Below are positions 20,019 through 28,870 of a DNA stretch of 64,000 nt, in pieces. The notes below the pieces were generated by a model, which made no database searches, was not told the origin of the DNA, and saw only the letters and a list, made by a program, of their open reading frames with translations. The position numbers and the translations under genes were made by a program. Origin of the DNA: Acidimicrobiia bacterium (GTDB taxonomy: Bacteria > Actinomycetota > Acidimicrobiia > IMCC26256 > BP-133); contig JBIOUX010000220.1 of the NCBI GenBank assembly GCA_044867425.1, positions 4,942 through 68,941 on the forward strand. Reading direction: 5' to 3'. Numbering within the stretch: the first letter of the stretch is position 1; every line of letters begins with the position of its first letter.

Positions 20019-23000
20019 ATGCGCCCGACAACTGACCGGGGGACCGAACTGAAGATCAACTTCGAGGCGCTCGCCTCCTCGGAGGCGGCTGGCTACGCGA
20101 CAGCCGAGGAGCAGGCCACCCTGCGGGCCGCCCCGGCGGAGTGGGCCGCGACCTTACGGCGCCTCCTGGCCGAAACCGAAGCCGCCATCCCCGCCGCCCG
20201 GCGCATCACCGGCCCGGAACGCGACCAGGTGGTGGCCGACTTCACCGAGGAGCGGGACCGGCTGCGGCGCTCCCTCTCCCGGCTGGAGGGCCGGCCGGAA
20301 CCCCCCGCCCGCCAGCCCAGCCGCTCCGACGGCGATCGCCGGCCGGCCAGTGAGCCCCTGCCCCCCGCTCCCCCCGCCCTGCAGGCCTCGTGGCAGGACG
20401 GGCACATCGTGCTGTGGGCCGCCAGCCACTCCACTCCCCGCCCCGCGGTGGAGGAGCGCGACCGGCTCCTGGACGAAGCCGGCGCCGGTTCGATGGCCTG
20501 GGAGCACCATCCCGGTGTTCCTGTTCCCGGCGGCGGGCGGGCGGCCGCCGTGTCCGCCCCCGTGGCCGATGCCCTCGGCTGGCTGGTGGGGGTCGGGACT
20601 GGACAGCTGGCGCCGGGCGCCGCCCCCAGCCTGCGCTGGCTGGGCGAGGTGGCGGCCTGGGCCACCGAGCTGGTGGCCCGGGGACAGATGATCCCGACCC
20701 TGGTGGGTCCGGGTGCCGGGTCCCGTTCGGGACGGTCGGCCACCGCCGAGCACCGCATCCGCTGGGTCCCCGCCCTGGTCGACGCCGACCGGCTCCGCGA
20801 CCTGTCGTCCCGGATGCCCGGGGCCGTGGCCGCCGTGGAACAACCCCGGGGGAGACCCGCCCAACTGTGCCGGTCGGTGCTGGGGGCCGCGGTCGACGCC
20901 GTGTGCCGGGCCGGCGCCGGCCGGCTGGTGACGGCGGCGACCGTACCCGTGGCCCGCTCCCGGGCCGAGGTCCGCGAAGCCGTCCTCGCCGCCTTCGACG
21001 GGGGACCCTTCGTCGCCGCCGTGCGGCCAGCCACCGAGCTGGCCGACGAGCTGGCCCGGTGGACGGCGCCGGTGACCGGCGACCGGACACTGACCCTCAC
21101 CGTCCGCCTCGCCGCCCCGGAGGACGACGGCGGATGGCTGCTCAGCGTCGAGGTCGACGGGCCCGACGGCAGCCGCCAGCACGTGGAGGATGCCCTGGAC
21201 GGCGACCGCCCGGCCCGGGCCACCGCGGTGGAGACGGAGCTGCGCCGCCTCGAGCGCCTCTTCCCCGCCCTCCAGCGCCCGGGCCGGCGCCGGGGGCGGG
21301 TGGTCCTCGACGGCTCCGAAGCCCTCGACCTCATGACCACCACGGGACCGGTGCTGGAGGCCGCCGGGTTCCGGGTGCGGGTTCCCGCTCTGGCCCGGCG
21401 CCGGCCCTCGCCCCGGCTTCAGCTCACCGCCGAAGCGTTCAGCGGGCCGTCGCTGGTGGGCGCCCAGCAGCTGTCCAAGGTCCGCTGGTCGGTGCTGGTC
21501 GACGACGTGGAGCTCGACGCCGCCGCCATCGGCCGCCTCGCCGCCCAGGCCCGGCCGCTGGTCAAGGTCAAGGGCGGGTGGGTCGAGCTGGACAAGGCCG
21601 ACCTCGACGCCGCCGCCGCCGCTCTGGCCGAGCGGGAGGGCATGACCGAGCTGTCCGGAGCCGCCATCCTCCGCCATGCCGTCGGCCTCGAAGGCGGCCC
21701 CCTCAGCGGCCCCACCGTGGTGGACGGGAGCGGCTGGGCCGTCGACCTGGTCCGGGGCGCGGCCGCCGGTGCCGCCCGTCCGCTCCCGGCCCCCGCCGGC
21801 TTCGACGGTGAGCTCCGCCACTACCAGGCCGAGGCCCGGGGCTGGCTCGGGTTCCTCGACCGGGCCGGCCTGGGCGGCTGCCTGGCCATGGACATGGGAC
21901 TGGGCAAGACCCCGACCGTCCTCGCCCACCTGCTGGAGGGGCGGGAGGCCGGACCGGCCCTGGTCATCGCCCCCGCCGCCGTCCTGTCCAACTGGGCGGC
22001 GGAGGCCGGGCGCTTCACCCCCGAGCTCGACGTGCGGATCCACCACGGCGCCGACCGGGCCGGGGCCGAGGACGTGGCCGCCGAGGTCGCCGGAGCCGAC
22101 GTCCTCCTCACCACCTACGCCACCGCCGTGCGCGACGTGGACGCCCTGGCCGAGATCGAGTGGGACCACCTGGTGGTCGACGAGGCTCAGGCCATCAAGA
22201 ACCCGGCCAGCGACACCGCCCAGGAGCTCCGCCGGATCCCGGCCCGCAGCCGGCTGGCCCTCACCGGCACGCCGGTGGAGAACGGCCTGGGTGACCTGTG
22301 GGCCATCCTCGACTTCACCAACCCGGGCCTGGTCGGGCCCCGGGCCACCTTCGTCGAAGCGCTCTCCCGCAGCGGAGAAGGCAAGGGGCGGGCGGGGGAG
22401 GCCGCGCTGCGGGCCCTCAACGGGCTGCTCGTGTTCCGGCGCACGAAGGCCGAGCCGGAGATCGCCGCCGAGCTTCCCGACAAGATCGACGAGCTCGACC
22501 GCTGCGCCATGACCCCCGAGCAGGTCGGGCTGTACCAGGCGGTGCTGGACAACCTCTTGGCCGAGGGCCCCGAGGATGAGGACCGGGGCGCCCGCAAGGG
22601 TCATGTGCTGGCCGCCATCACCCACCTCAAGCAGATCTGTGACCATCCCGCCGCCTACCTCGACGACGACACCGGCCCGCTCGACGGACGGTCGGGCAAG
22701 CTGGCCCGGCTCGAGGAGCTGGTCGACGCCGTCTTCGAGGCCGGGGAGCGCATGCTCGTGTTCACCCACTTCGCCCGGTGGGGGGAACGGCTGGCCGCCC
22801 ACCTGTCGAAGCGGACCGGGGTGGAGGTCGACTGCTACCACGGCGGGCTGACCCGCAACGCCCGGGACCGCCTGGTGCGCGAGTTCCAGGAAGGCACCGG
22901 GCCGGGAGCGCTGGTCCTGTCGATCAAGGCCGGGGGCACCGGACTCAACCTCACCGCCGCCAGCCACGTCGTCCTCTACGACCGGTGGTGGAACCCGGCG

Positions 23001-23261
23001 GTCGAAGACCAGGCCCGCGACCGGGCCTGGCGGATCGGGCAGTCGCAGACCGTCGTCTCCCACCGGCTCATCTGTCCGGGCACGGTGGATGAGCGGGTCG
23101 AGGAGGTGGTGGCGGGCAAGCGTCACATCGCCGACCTGGTCCTGCCGGCCAGCAGCACGCTCGGCGATCTCGACCCCGAGCAGCTGCGCGTCGCCCTCGG
23201 CCTGGGTCCCGGGGCCATCGTCGATGAGGTGTCCCCCGCGTCGCGGGAGGCGGCGGCATGA
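20019..23261 (+). CDS. SNF2-family ATP-dependent helicase with a long N-terminal accessory region (HelZ-like)
   Basis: The helicase core has LRHYQAEARGWL, LAMDMGLGKT, VVDEAQAIKN, LALTGTPVEN, SIKAGGTGLNLT and DRWWNPAVEDQARDRAWRIGQ. The start is uncertain (ATG 20019 chosen). Confidence 0.85.
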   Translation: MRPTTDRGTELKINFEALASSEAAGYATAEEQATLRAAPAEWAATLRRLLAETEAAIPAARRITGPERDQVVADFTEERDRLRRSLSRLEGRPEPPARQPSRSDGDRRPASEPLPPAPPALQASWQDGHIVLWAASHSTPRPAVEERDRLLDEAGAGSMAWEHHPGVPVPGGGRAAAVSAPVADALGWLVGVGTGQLAPGAAPSLRWLGEVAAWATELVARGQMIPTLVGPGAGSRSGRSATAEHRIRWVPALVDADRLRDLSSRMPGAVAAVEQPRGRPAQLCRSVLGAAVDAVCRAGAGRLVTAATVPVARSRAEVREAVLAAFDGGPFVAAVRPATELADELARWTAPVTGDRTLTLTVRLAAPEDDGGWLLSVEVDGPDGSRQHVEDALDGDRPARATAVETELRRLERLFPALQRPGRRRGRVVLDGSEALDLMTTTGPVLEAAGFRVRVPALARRRPSPRLQLTAEAFSGPSLVGAQQLSKVRWSVLVDDVELDAAAIGRLAAQARPLVKVKGGWVELDKADLDAAAAALAEREGMTELSGAAILRHAVGLEGGPLSGPTVVDGSGWAVDLVRGAAAGAARPLPAPAGFDGELRHYQAEARGWLGFLDRAGLGGCLAMDMGLGKTPTVLAHLLEGREAGPALVIAPAAVLSNWAAEAGRFTPELDVRIHHGADRAGAEDVAAEVAGADVLLTTYATAVRDVDALAEIEWDHLVVDEAQAIKNPASDTAQELRRIPARSRLALTGTPVENGLGDLWAILDFTNPGLVGPRATFVEALSRSGEGKGRAGEAALRALNGLLVFRRTKAEPEIAAELPDKIDELDRCAMTPEQVGLYQAVLDNLLAEGPEDEDRGARKGHVLAAITHLKQICDHPAAYLDDDTGPLDGRSGKLARLEELVDAVFEAGERMLVFTHFARWGERLAAHLSKRTGVEVDCYHGGLTRNARDRLVREFQEGTGPGALVLSIKAGGTGLNLTAASHVVLYDRWWNPAVEDQARDRAWRIGQSQTVVSHRLICPGTVDERVEEVVAGKRHIADLVLPASSTLGDLDPEQLRVALGLGPGAIVDEVSPASREAAA

Positions 23262-23611
23262 GCAACGGTGGCGGAGGCGGCGGAGGCGGCGGGAACCGGC
23301 GGCGGCGTCCCAAACAGGGCAGCCAGCCTGCTGGTCCGAGCAAGGGGCGGGCCTCCAGCGGCCGCCGCACCTCGGATGCCGACTTCTGGGGCCGGCCCCC
23401 CGAGTCGCCGCCGGCCGTCACCAGGATCCGGGCCACCGCCGACCCGGCTGCGCTGCCCCGCTCGCTGGGCGACCCGCCGCTCGGGCCCAACCCCGCCGCC
23501 GCCGCCCACCACCTGGCGGTGATCTACGAGGAGGCGGTACGGGCGGGTACCGCCCTGGCCGCCGCCAGCGGGCTGCTCGACGACGAGGCCGAGGGCCTTC
23601 CCCCCGCCTGA
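23258..23611 (+). CDS. small Gly/Arg-rich protein translationally coupled to the helicase
   Basis: ATGA start/stop overlap with the SNF2 gene. N-terminus MSNGGGGGGGGGNRRRRPKQ, with a more ordered C-terminus HHLAVIYEEAVRAGTALAAASGLL. Confidence 0.5.
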   Translation: MSNGGGGGGGGGNRRRRPKQGSQPAGPSKGRASSGRRTSDADFWGRPPESPPAVTRIRATADPAALPRSLGDPPLGPNPAAAAHHLAVIYEEAVRAGTALAAASGLLDDEAEGLPPA

Positions 23612-23817
23612 CCGCCGCCTCCGGCGTTTCCGTCGCCGGGCCGCGTCCCTTCACCCGCTCCAAACGCCGGCGCCGGCCACTTTCGGTCGCCGGGTGGCAA
23701 AGGGGACTTCTTCCGGCAAGCGCTTCCGGGCTAGTTACGGTCGCCCTGGGGCCCTGCCGACACCCTCCTTAAGTCCGCAAGTCCGCGTGAAGTCCCGCGG
23801 CGCGATTGGAGGGCACT

Positions 23818-25200
23818 GTGGCAAGCGTTATGACGATCCCCCCTCGGGCCAAGGACCCCTTCACCAAGGTTGTGGCCGCCGGAGCAGCTGTGGTGTTCCT
23901 GGCCGGCGTGGCCAGCGCCTTCGCCATGTCCGGACCCTCCGGCTCGGGCGGCTTCGACGTGCAGGCCGCCGCTCCCGGCGCCGCCGGCACGTCGGGATCG
24001 GCGACCGTCCAGACACCGGTCGGCTCGGCCTCGGCCCACAAGAAGTCGTCCCCGACGACGCTGGGCGGCTCGTTCTCGTCGCCGGTCGGCGGGGCGGCGG
24101 CGACCGCCACGGCGCCGGCCGCACCCGGCGGTCTTCTTCCGGCCCCGGGCGTGACCGGGGGGCTGCGCACCCCGGCGCCGGCCGCCAGCAGCCTGCTGCC
24201 GGGCGCCAAGCCGACCACCGCTCCCAAGCCCGGCTCCAGCACCCCCAACGCGGTCGTGGAAGCCGACGGCACCCTCACCCTGCCGGGCCTCGACGTCCCC
24301 ATCCTCGGCGACCTCCTGGGCGACCTCGGGGTCACCGAGGTGCCCGTGGTCTCGGACCTGCTCAACGGCCTCTCGCCCGAGGTGCTCGCCCTCGTCAACC
24401 AGCTGCTGGGCTCGGTTCCGGCCGAGGACCTGCTTGCGCTCCAGAACGTCCTCGCCACCCTGCCGCCCGCCGCCGTCCCCGACCTGACCGCCCTCCTCGG
24501 CGGCATCTCTCCGGAGAGCCTCCCGGTGGTCGGCCAGCTCCTCAATCTCCTGCCGGTCGCCAACGCGCCGCTGGCCGGTTCCGTGCTCTCCGGGCTGCCG
24601 GCGGGCGGCGTCCCCGCCCTGGGCGGGCTGCTCACCTCGCTTCCGGTGGGGCAGGTCGATGCGGTGGGCACGGTGCTCAACACGCTCTCGGCGGCCGACC
24701 TGACGACGCTCGGCAACCTCCTCGCCGCCTCCGACGGGACGAAGTCGCTGACCAGCCTGGTCGGGGGCAGCTCGGGTGGGCTCGTCGGTGGGCTGCTCGG
24801 GGGGCTGCTCGGTGGGTCGAGCCCCCTGTCGTCCTCGGGCCTGTCGACCGTCAACTCGCTCCTCGGTGGCCTGCCCACCTCCAGCCTGCCCCTGGTGGGA
24901 ACGCTCATCAACTCACTGTCCACGGCCCAGGCCCGCGATGTCGGCCAGCTGCTGACGGGCCTGCCCGACGCCGGGCTGCCCGTCCTCGGCCAGGTGCTGG
25001 GGGCGGTGCCGGCCAGTGGCCTGCCGCTGGTGGGCCAGCTGATCGGCTCGGCCACCGCCGACGGCGGCCTCCCGTTGGTCGGCTCGCTCCTCACCGGCCT
25101 GCCGACGGGGAGCCTGCCGGTGGTCGGCACCCTGCTCAGCACCAGCACGGTCGAGAGCCTCCCGCTGGTCGGCGACCTCCTGGGCATCCTGGGCCTGTAG
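23818..25200 (+). CDS. membrane-anchored Leu/Gly/Pro/Ser-rich repeat protein
   Basis: GGAGGG lies before GTG 23818. One N-terminal TM (VVAAGAAVVFLAGVASAFAM). About 300 aa of degenerate 10-16-aa units follow, such as LPVVGQLL, LPLVGTLI, LPLVGQLI, LPLVGSLL, LPVVGTLL and LPLVGDLL. Confidence 0.65.
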   Translation: MASVMTIPPRAKDPFTKVVAAGAAVVFLAGVASAFAMSGPSGSGGFDVQAAAPGAAGTSGSATVQTPVGSASAHKKSSPTTLGGSFSSPVGGAAATATAPAAPGGLLPAPGVTGGLRTPAPAASSLLPGAKPTTAPKPGSSTPNAVVEADGTLTLPGLDVPILGDLLGDLGVTEVPVVSDLLNGLSPEVLALVNQLLGSVPAEDLLALQNVLATLPPAAVPDLTALLGGISPESLPVVGQLLNLLPVANAPLAGSVLSGLPAGGVPALGGLLTSLPVGQVDAVGTVLNTLSAADLTTLGNLLAASDGTKSLTSLVGGSSGGLVGGLLGGLLGGSSPLSSSGLSTVNSLLGGLPTSSLPLVGTLINSLSTAQARDVGQLLTGLPDAGLPVLGQVLGAVPASGLPLVGQLIGSATADGGLPLVGSLLTGLPTGSLPVVGTLLSTSTVESLPLVGDLLGILGL

Positions 25201-25254
25201 ACCGCCGGCCTGACCGGCCCGGCTCCACCGCCGGTCGGGCCCTCAGAGAACCCG

Positions 25255-25295
25255 CCTGTCCGGCCGGCCCCCCGCCAGGGGCCGGCCTGGACAGG
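25255..25295 (+). terminator. strong GC hairpin after the repeat-protein gene
   Basis: CCTGTCCGGCCGGCCCC / GGGGCCGGCCTGGACAGG, a 17-18 bp stem with one bulge and a 6-nt loop. Confidence 0.55.
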
Positions 25296-25322
25296 CCGAG
25301 GACCCCGGCTTACCTTCGCCCG

Positions 25323-25703
25323 GTGCCGGCGATCCGTGATCGAGCGACCGACGTGCTGGCCGGGGTGATGGGTGGCGTCGGCTCGCTGCACTTCTTCGCC
25401 GCCGACTTCCTGGAGACCATCGTGCCCGCCTGGATGCCGGCCAAGCGGGCGGTGGTCTACGGGAGCGGCATCCTCGAGATCATCTGCGCGCTGGGCCTGG
25501 CCCGACGGAGACGCTGGGCCGGCCCACTCAGCGCCGCCGTGCTGCTGGCCATCTGGACGGCCAACATCCAGATGGCGCTCGACGCCGGCTCCGGCCACCA
25601 CGCCGGCATCTGGGACAGCCGGATCGCCATGTGGGCCCGGGTCCCCATGCAGATCCCGATGATCTGGGTGGCCTGGCGCGCCCACCCGGCACGCCGTCGA
25701 TGA
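25323..25703 (+). CDS. small DoxX-like membrane protein
   Basis: Tail of ORF 23694..25703 from VPAIRDRATDVLAGVMGGVGSLHFFAADF. It has 3-4 hydrophobic segments. The family call is tentative. Confidence 0.5.
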   Translation: MPAIRDRATDVLAGVMGGVGSLHFFAADFLETIVPAWMPAKRAVVYGSGILEIICALGLARRRRWAGPLSAAVLLAIWTANIQMALDAGSGHHAGIWDSRIAMWARVPMQIPMIWVAWRAHPARRR

Positions 25704-25776
25704 TTCTCTCCGGGCCGCGCCTCCCCAAATCCGCACGTCACCGTGGAGGGAAGACCCGTCCCGCAAGGAGGCCCGG

Positions 25777-26937
25777 TCAGGGCGGATCAGGTCCGCGTGC
25801 CCTGCCTCGGAGGAGGCCGGCGTCGCGGTCCCGGCGGGTCTTCGCCTGATGGTGGGGCCAGCACAGGAGTTGCAGGTTCTCGAGGGATGTTGGCCCGTGG
25901 TTGCCGCGGGGATTCCGATGGTCGCGTTCCAGGTGGTAGCGACGGTCACAGCCCTCCTCGGCGCAGCTGACCCCGTCGAACTCCGGAGGGGCGCCCAGGG
26001 TCAGGGCGGTAAGAACCTCGGCGTTGATGTGCCGGCCGAAGTGGGCCACCGTTTCGATCCGGGTCCCGTCGTGGACCACCGCCTTCAAGAAGGCGTCCTC
26101 CGCCAGCTCCTTGATCACCGACACCGGGACAGGTCCGCCGCCCACCAGGTGAACCGGCTCGCCCGGGTGGGCGTGACCCCGCCGGAAGGCCCCCAGATCA
26201 CACACGATCACCAGATCCGCCGACCGGGCCCTGCCCTTCCCTCCGCCGGCCACCACACGCATCAGGGCGTCAGCGGCGTGGGCCTCCCGGTGCTCAGGTT
26301 CACCGTCCCGTTTCGCCTGGCGAAGCAGCCGATCCGTCTCAGCGTCGAGGCGGTTCACGAACGGCAAGCCCACCTCCGGGGGCAGCTCGCCCCTGAACCC
26401 CACCATGCCCAGGTCTGTCCGCCAGTGCCGGAACGTTCTCGCCTGATGCTGGCGGGCGTGCAGGGCCTCGGGGTCGATGGCCCCCAGCCGGCGTTTGCGG
26501 CCCTGCGCTCTCAGGGTCTTCAGGCTGCCGTCCCTGGCCACCGCCAGCAGCTCCGCCTCCGACCCCGGACACTCCGCTTCCGTCTTGGCCACCTCGGCCG
26601 CCTGGGCCAACGACAGCTCACCCGCCGTCACCGCCGCCCGGGTGTCCGGCATCTCTCTCAATGCCCGGGCCGTCTCCAGCTCCGCCTTGGCCTCCACCGT
26701 CGACGTCCCCGACGTCCGCGCCAGCCAGTCAGCGGCATCGGCGAACCCCTTCTGCCGATGGGCCCCGCACTCCACCGCCCGGGCCGCGGCCAGCACCCGA
26801 GCCGCGTCACAGGCCTTCCCCGTCTCCGCCAGCTCCTCCGCCACCACGGCCGAGTCCTCACCGGCCCAGAGCCTGGGATCGAAAGCGACCAACGCCTCCC
26901 GCAGCGCTCTCGCTTTGGCAAGCAGACCCTCGGACAC
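25777..26937 (-). CDS. DUF222 domain HNH endonuclease (13E12-repeat-like family)
   Basis: N-terminal DUF222-type helical region. The C-terminal HNH reads CDRRYHLERDHRNPRGNHGPTSLENLQLLCWPHH. Confidence 0.8.
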   Translation of the reverse strand: MSEGLLAKARALREALVAFDPRLWAGEDSAVVAEELAETGKACDAARVLAAARAVECGAHRQKGFADAADWLARTSGTSTVEAKAELETARALREMPDTRAAVTAGELSLAQAAEVAKTEAECPGSEAELLAVARDGSLKTLRAQGRKRRLGAIDPEALHARQHQARTFRHWRTDLGMVGFRGELPPEVGLPFVNRLDAETDRLLRQAKRDGEPEHREAHAADALMRVVAGGGKGRARSADLVIVCDLGAFRRGHAHPGEPVHLVGGGPVPVSVIKELAEDAFLKAVVHDGTRIETVAHFGRHINAEVLTALTLGAPPEFDGVSCAEEGCDRRYHLERDHRNPRGNHGPTSLENLQLLCWPHHQAKTRRDRDAGLLRGRARGPDPP

Positions 26938-27104
26938 GACACCTCCGCTCGATGCCCGGCGCGCAAGAACGCCGAATCCGAATCGGTAAGGAGGGCCGTG
27001 GATCTACGGTGACCTCGAGGCCACGTGCGGCGAACCGCCTGGCGGGGCCAGCCTAGCGAACAGACGTACGGAATGTCAAGACGGTAATTCTTCGATCGGG
27101 CCGC

Positions 27105-27335
27105 TCAGCCGGTGACCTCGCGGCGGTGCCCGGCCTGGAGGACGACCGCGCTCTCCCGGTCGATCAAGGCGGGATCCGCCACCGCCACCCGGCAGGGGGT
27201 GACGGCCACCAGCGTGGCCGTGCGGCCGCCGCCCTCCAGGCCCGCCCGCTCGCCGACCAGGGCATGGGCGCGATGGAAGGATCTGGGCGGGGCTCGGAGA
27301 TCGCCGGAGTGCGTCAGGGTACGGGTGCGCCGCAC
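27105..27335 (-). pseudogene. possible remnant of a cyclic-nucleotide-binding domain
   Basis: LVGERAGLEGGGRTATLVAVTPCRVAVADPALI resembles the FGE.ALL...R.ATV.A phosphate-binding cassette. There is no intact N-terminal part. Confidence 0.25.
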
Positions 27336-27523
27336 CGCCCCGGGCGGGGCCGCCGACGTTTGTCCCCCGCTGTCACACTTCGGACAGAGGGGCTAGTCCG
27401 ACATGATCAGGACCTGAGCTCCCAGACCTTCGTCCGGGCGGGCCGGCAGTCTGGCCGCCGGCACCGGGGCAAAGGGCACGAAGCTGGCGGGAGGCTGTTC
27501 CCGGGCCTGGGTATATCCCGTAT

Positions 27524-27538
27524 ACATACTCAGTATGT
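27524..27538. promoter_or_regulatory. palindromic candidate PadR operator in an AT-rich promoter patch
   Basis: ACATACT-C-AGTATGT, a perfect 7-bp inverted repeat, lies 20 nt upstream of the padR ATG within GTATATCCCGTATACATACTCAGTATGTTGAC. PadR operators are typically ATGT/ACAT-type inverted repeats. Confidence 0.55.
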
Positions 27539-27557
27539 TGACTCCTGGAACCCCATC

Positions 27558-28148
27558 ATGAGCGTCCGGCACGCCCTGCTGGCGCTGCTCAGTGAGGGGC
27601 CGAAGTACGGCCTCCAGCTGCGCCACGAGTTCGAGGCCCGGACCGGAGAGGTCTGGCCCCTCAACGTCGGGCAGGTGTACACCACCCTCCAGCGCCTGGA
27701 GCGCGACGGGCTGGTGGAGTCCGACGACGCCGAGCCGGACGGGCCCCAGAAGGGCTTCCGGATCACGAGCGCCGGCCAGGGTGAGCTCATCGGCTGGCTA
27801 CGGACACCGCCCGACACCGACGTCCCGCCCCGGGACGAGCTCGTCATCAAGGTGCTGGTCGCCCTCACCGTCCCCGGGGTCGACATCGCCGACCTCCTCC
27901 AGGTCCACCGCCGGCACCTGGTGGAGGGGATGCAGCGCTACACCCGTCTGAAGCAGGACGCCAGGGAAGAAGACGTGAGCCTGGCCCTGGTGGCCGACGC
28001 CGAGATCTTCCGGCTCGAGGCTCTGGTCCGCTGGATCGACGCCGCCGACGTGCGCCTGGCGCGCTTCCCCGTGGCGCAGCCCGAGGCGACGCCGGCGACC
28101 CCGCCGGTGGCCCGACGGGCCCGGCGAGCGACGGGAGCCCGGCGATGA
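27558..28148 (+). CDS. PadR family transcriptional regulator
   Basis: Contains MSVRHALLALLSEGPKYGLQLRHEFEARTGEVWPLNVGQVYTTLQRLERDGLV, followed by a C-terminal dimerisation region. Confidence 0.9.
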   Translation: MSVRHALLALLSEGPKYGLQLRHEFEARTGEVWPLNVGQVYTTLQRLERDGLVESDDAEPDGPQKGFRITSAGQGELIGWLRTPPDTDVPPRDELVIKVLVALTVPGVDIADLLQVHRRHLVEGMQRYTRLKQDAREEDVSLALVADAEIFRLEALVRWIDAADVRLARFPVAQPEATPATPPVARRARRATGARR

Positions 28149-28870
28149 CCCCGGCACTGGAGCTGCGCCAGGTGTCGAAGACCTACGGGTGGGGCCCCGG
28201 CGAAGTGCACGCCCTGCGCACCGTGGACCTGGTGGTGAACCCCGGCGAGCTGGTGGCCATCATGGGTCCCAGCGGCTCGGGCAAGAGCACGCTGCTCACC
28301 ATCGCGGGGACCCTGGAGGAGGCCACGGCCGGCGAGGTCGTGATCGCCGGCGCGGCCGTCTCGCAGATGTCGAAGAACGACCGGGCCCGGCTGCGCCGGC
28401 GGTCCATCGGCTACGTCTTCCAGGACTTCAACCTCCTGGCCGGGCTCAGCGCCCTGGAGAACGTCATCCTGCCCCTGGAGCTCGACGGCCTGGGCGGGAA
28501 GGCGGCCCGGGCGGCGGGACTGGAGGCGCTGGACCAGTTCGGCCTGGCCGACAAGGCGGCCCGCTACCCCGACGAGCTCTCCGGCGGGGAGCGCCAGCGG
28601 GTGGCCATCGCCCGCGCCGTCGCCGGCGACCGCCACCTGCTGCTGGCCGACGAGCCCACCGGCGCCCTCGACTCGGTCAACGGCGAAGGGGTCATGCGCC
28701 TGGTGCGGGGCGCCTGCTCGCGGGGCGTGGCCGGCGTGATCGTCACCCACGACGCCCAGCTGGCGTCGTGGGCCGACCGGGTCGTCTTCATCCGGGACGG
28801 GCGGGTCATCGACCAGACAGCGGCACCGGCCGGTCCCGAGTCCCTCCTCGCCTCGGGCCTGAATTCATGA
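28145..28870 (+). CDS. ABC transporter ATP-binding protein (MacB/LolD-type)
   Basis: ATGA overlap with padR. Walker A GPSGSGKST, signature LSGGERQRVAIARA and Walker B LLLADEPTGALD. Confidence 0.95.
   Translation: MTPALELRQVSKTYGWGPGEVHALRTVDLVVNPGELVAIMGPSGSGKSTLLTIAGTLEEATAGEVVIAGAAVSQMSKNDRARLRRRSIGYVFQDFNLLAGLSALENVILPLELDGLGGKAARAAGLEALDQFGLADKAARYPDELSGGERQRVAIARAVAGDRHLLLADEPTGALDSVNGEGVMRLVRGACSRGVAGVIVTHDAQLASWADRVVFIRDGRVIDQTAAPAGPESLLASGLNS

Noticed and set aside
20154-23126. 990-aa ORF antisense to the SNF2 helicase gene.
   Set aside because: Its composition is dominated by Gly/Pro/Arg/Ala/Val runs with no motifs. The sense strand carries a complete helicase motif set. This is the typical stop-free antisense frame of very GC-rich DNA.
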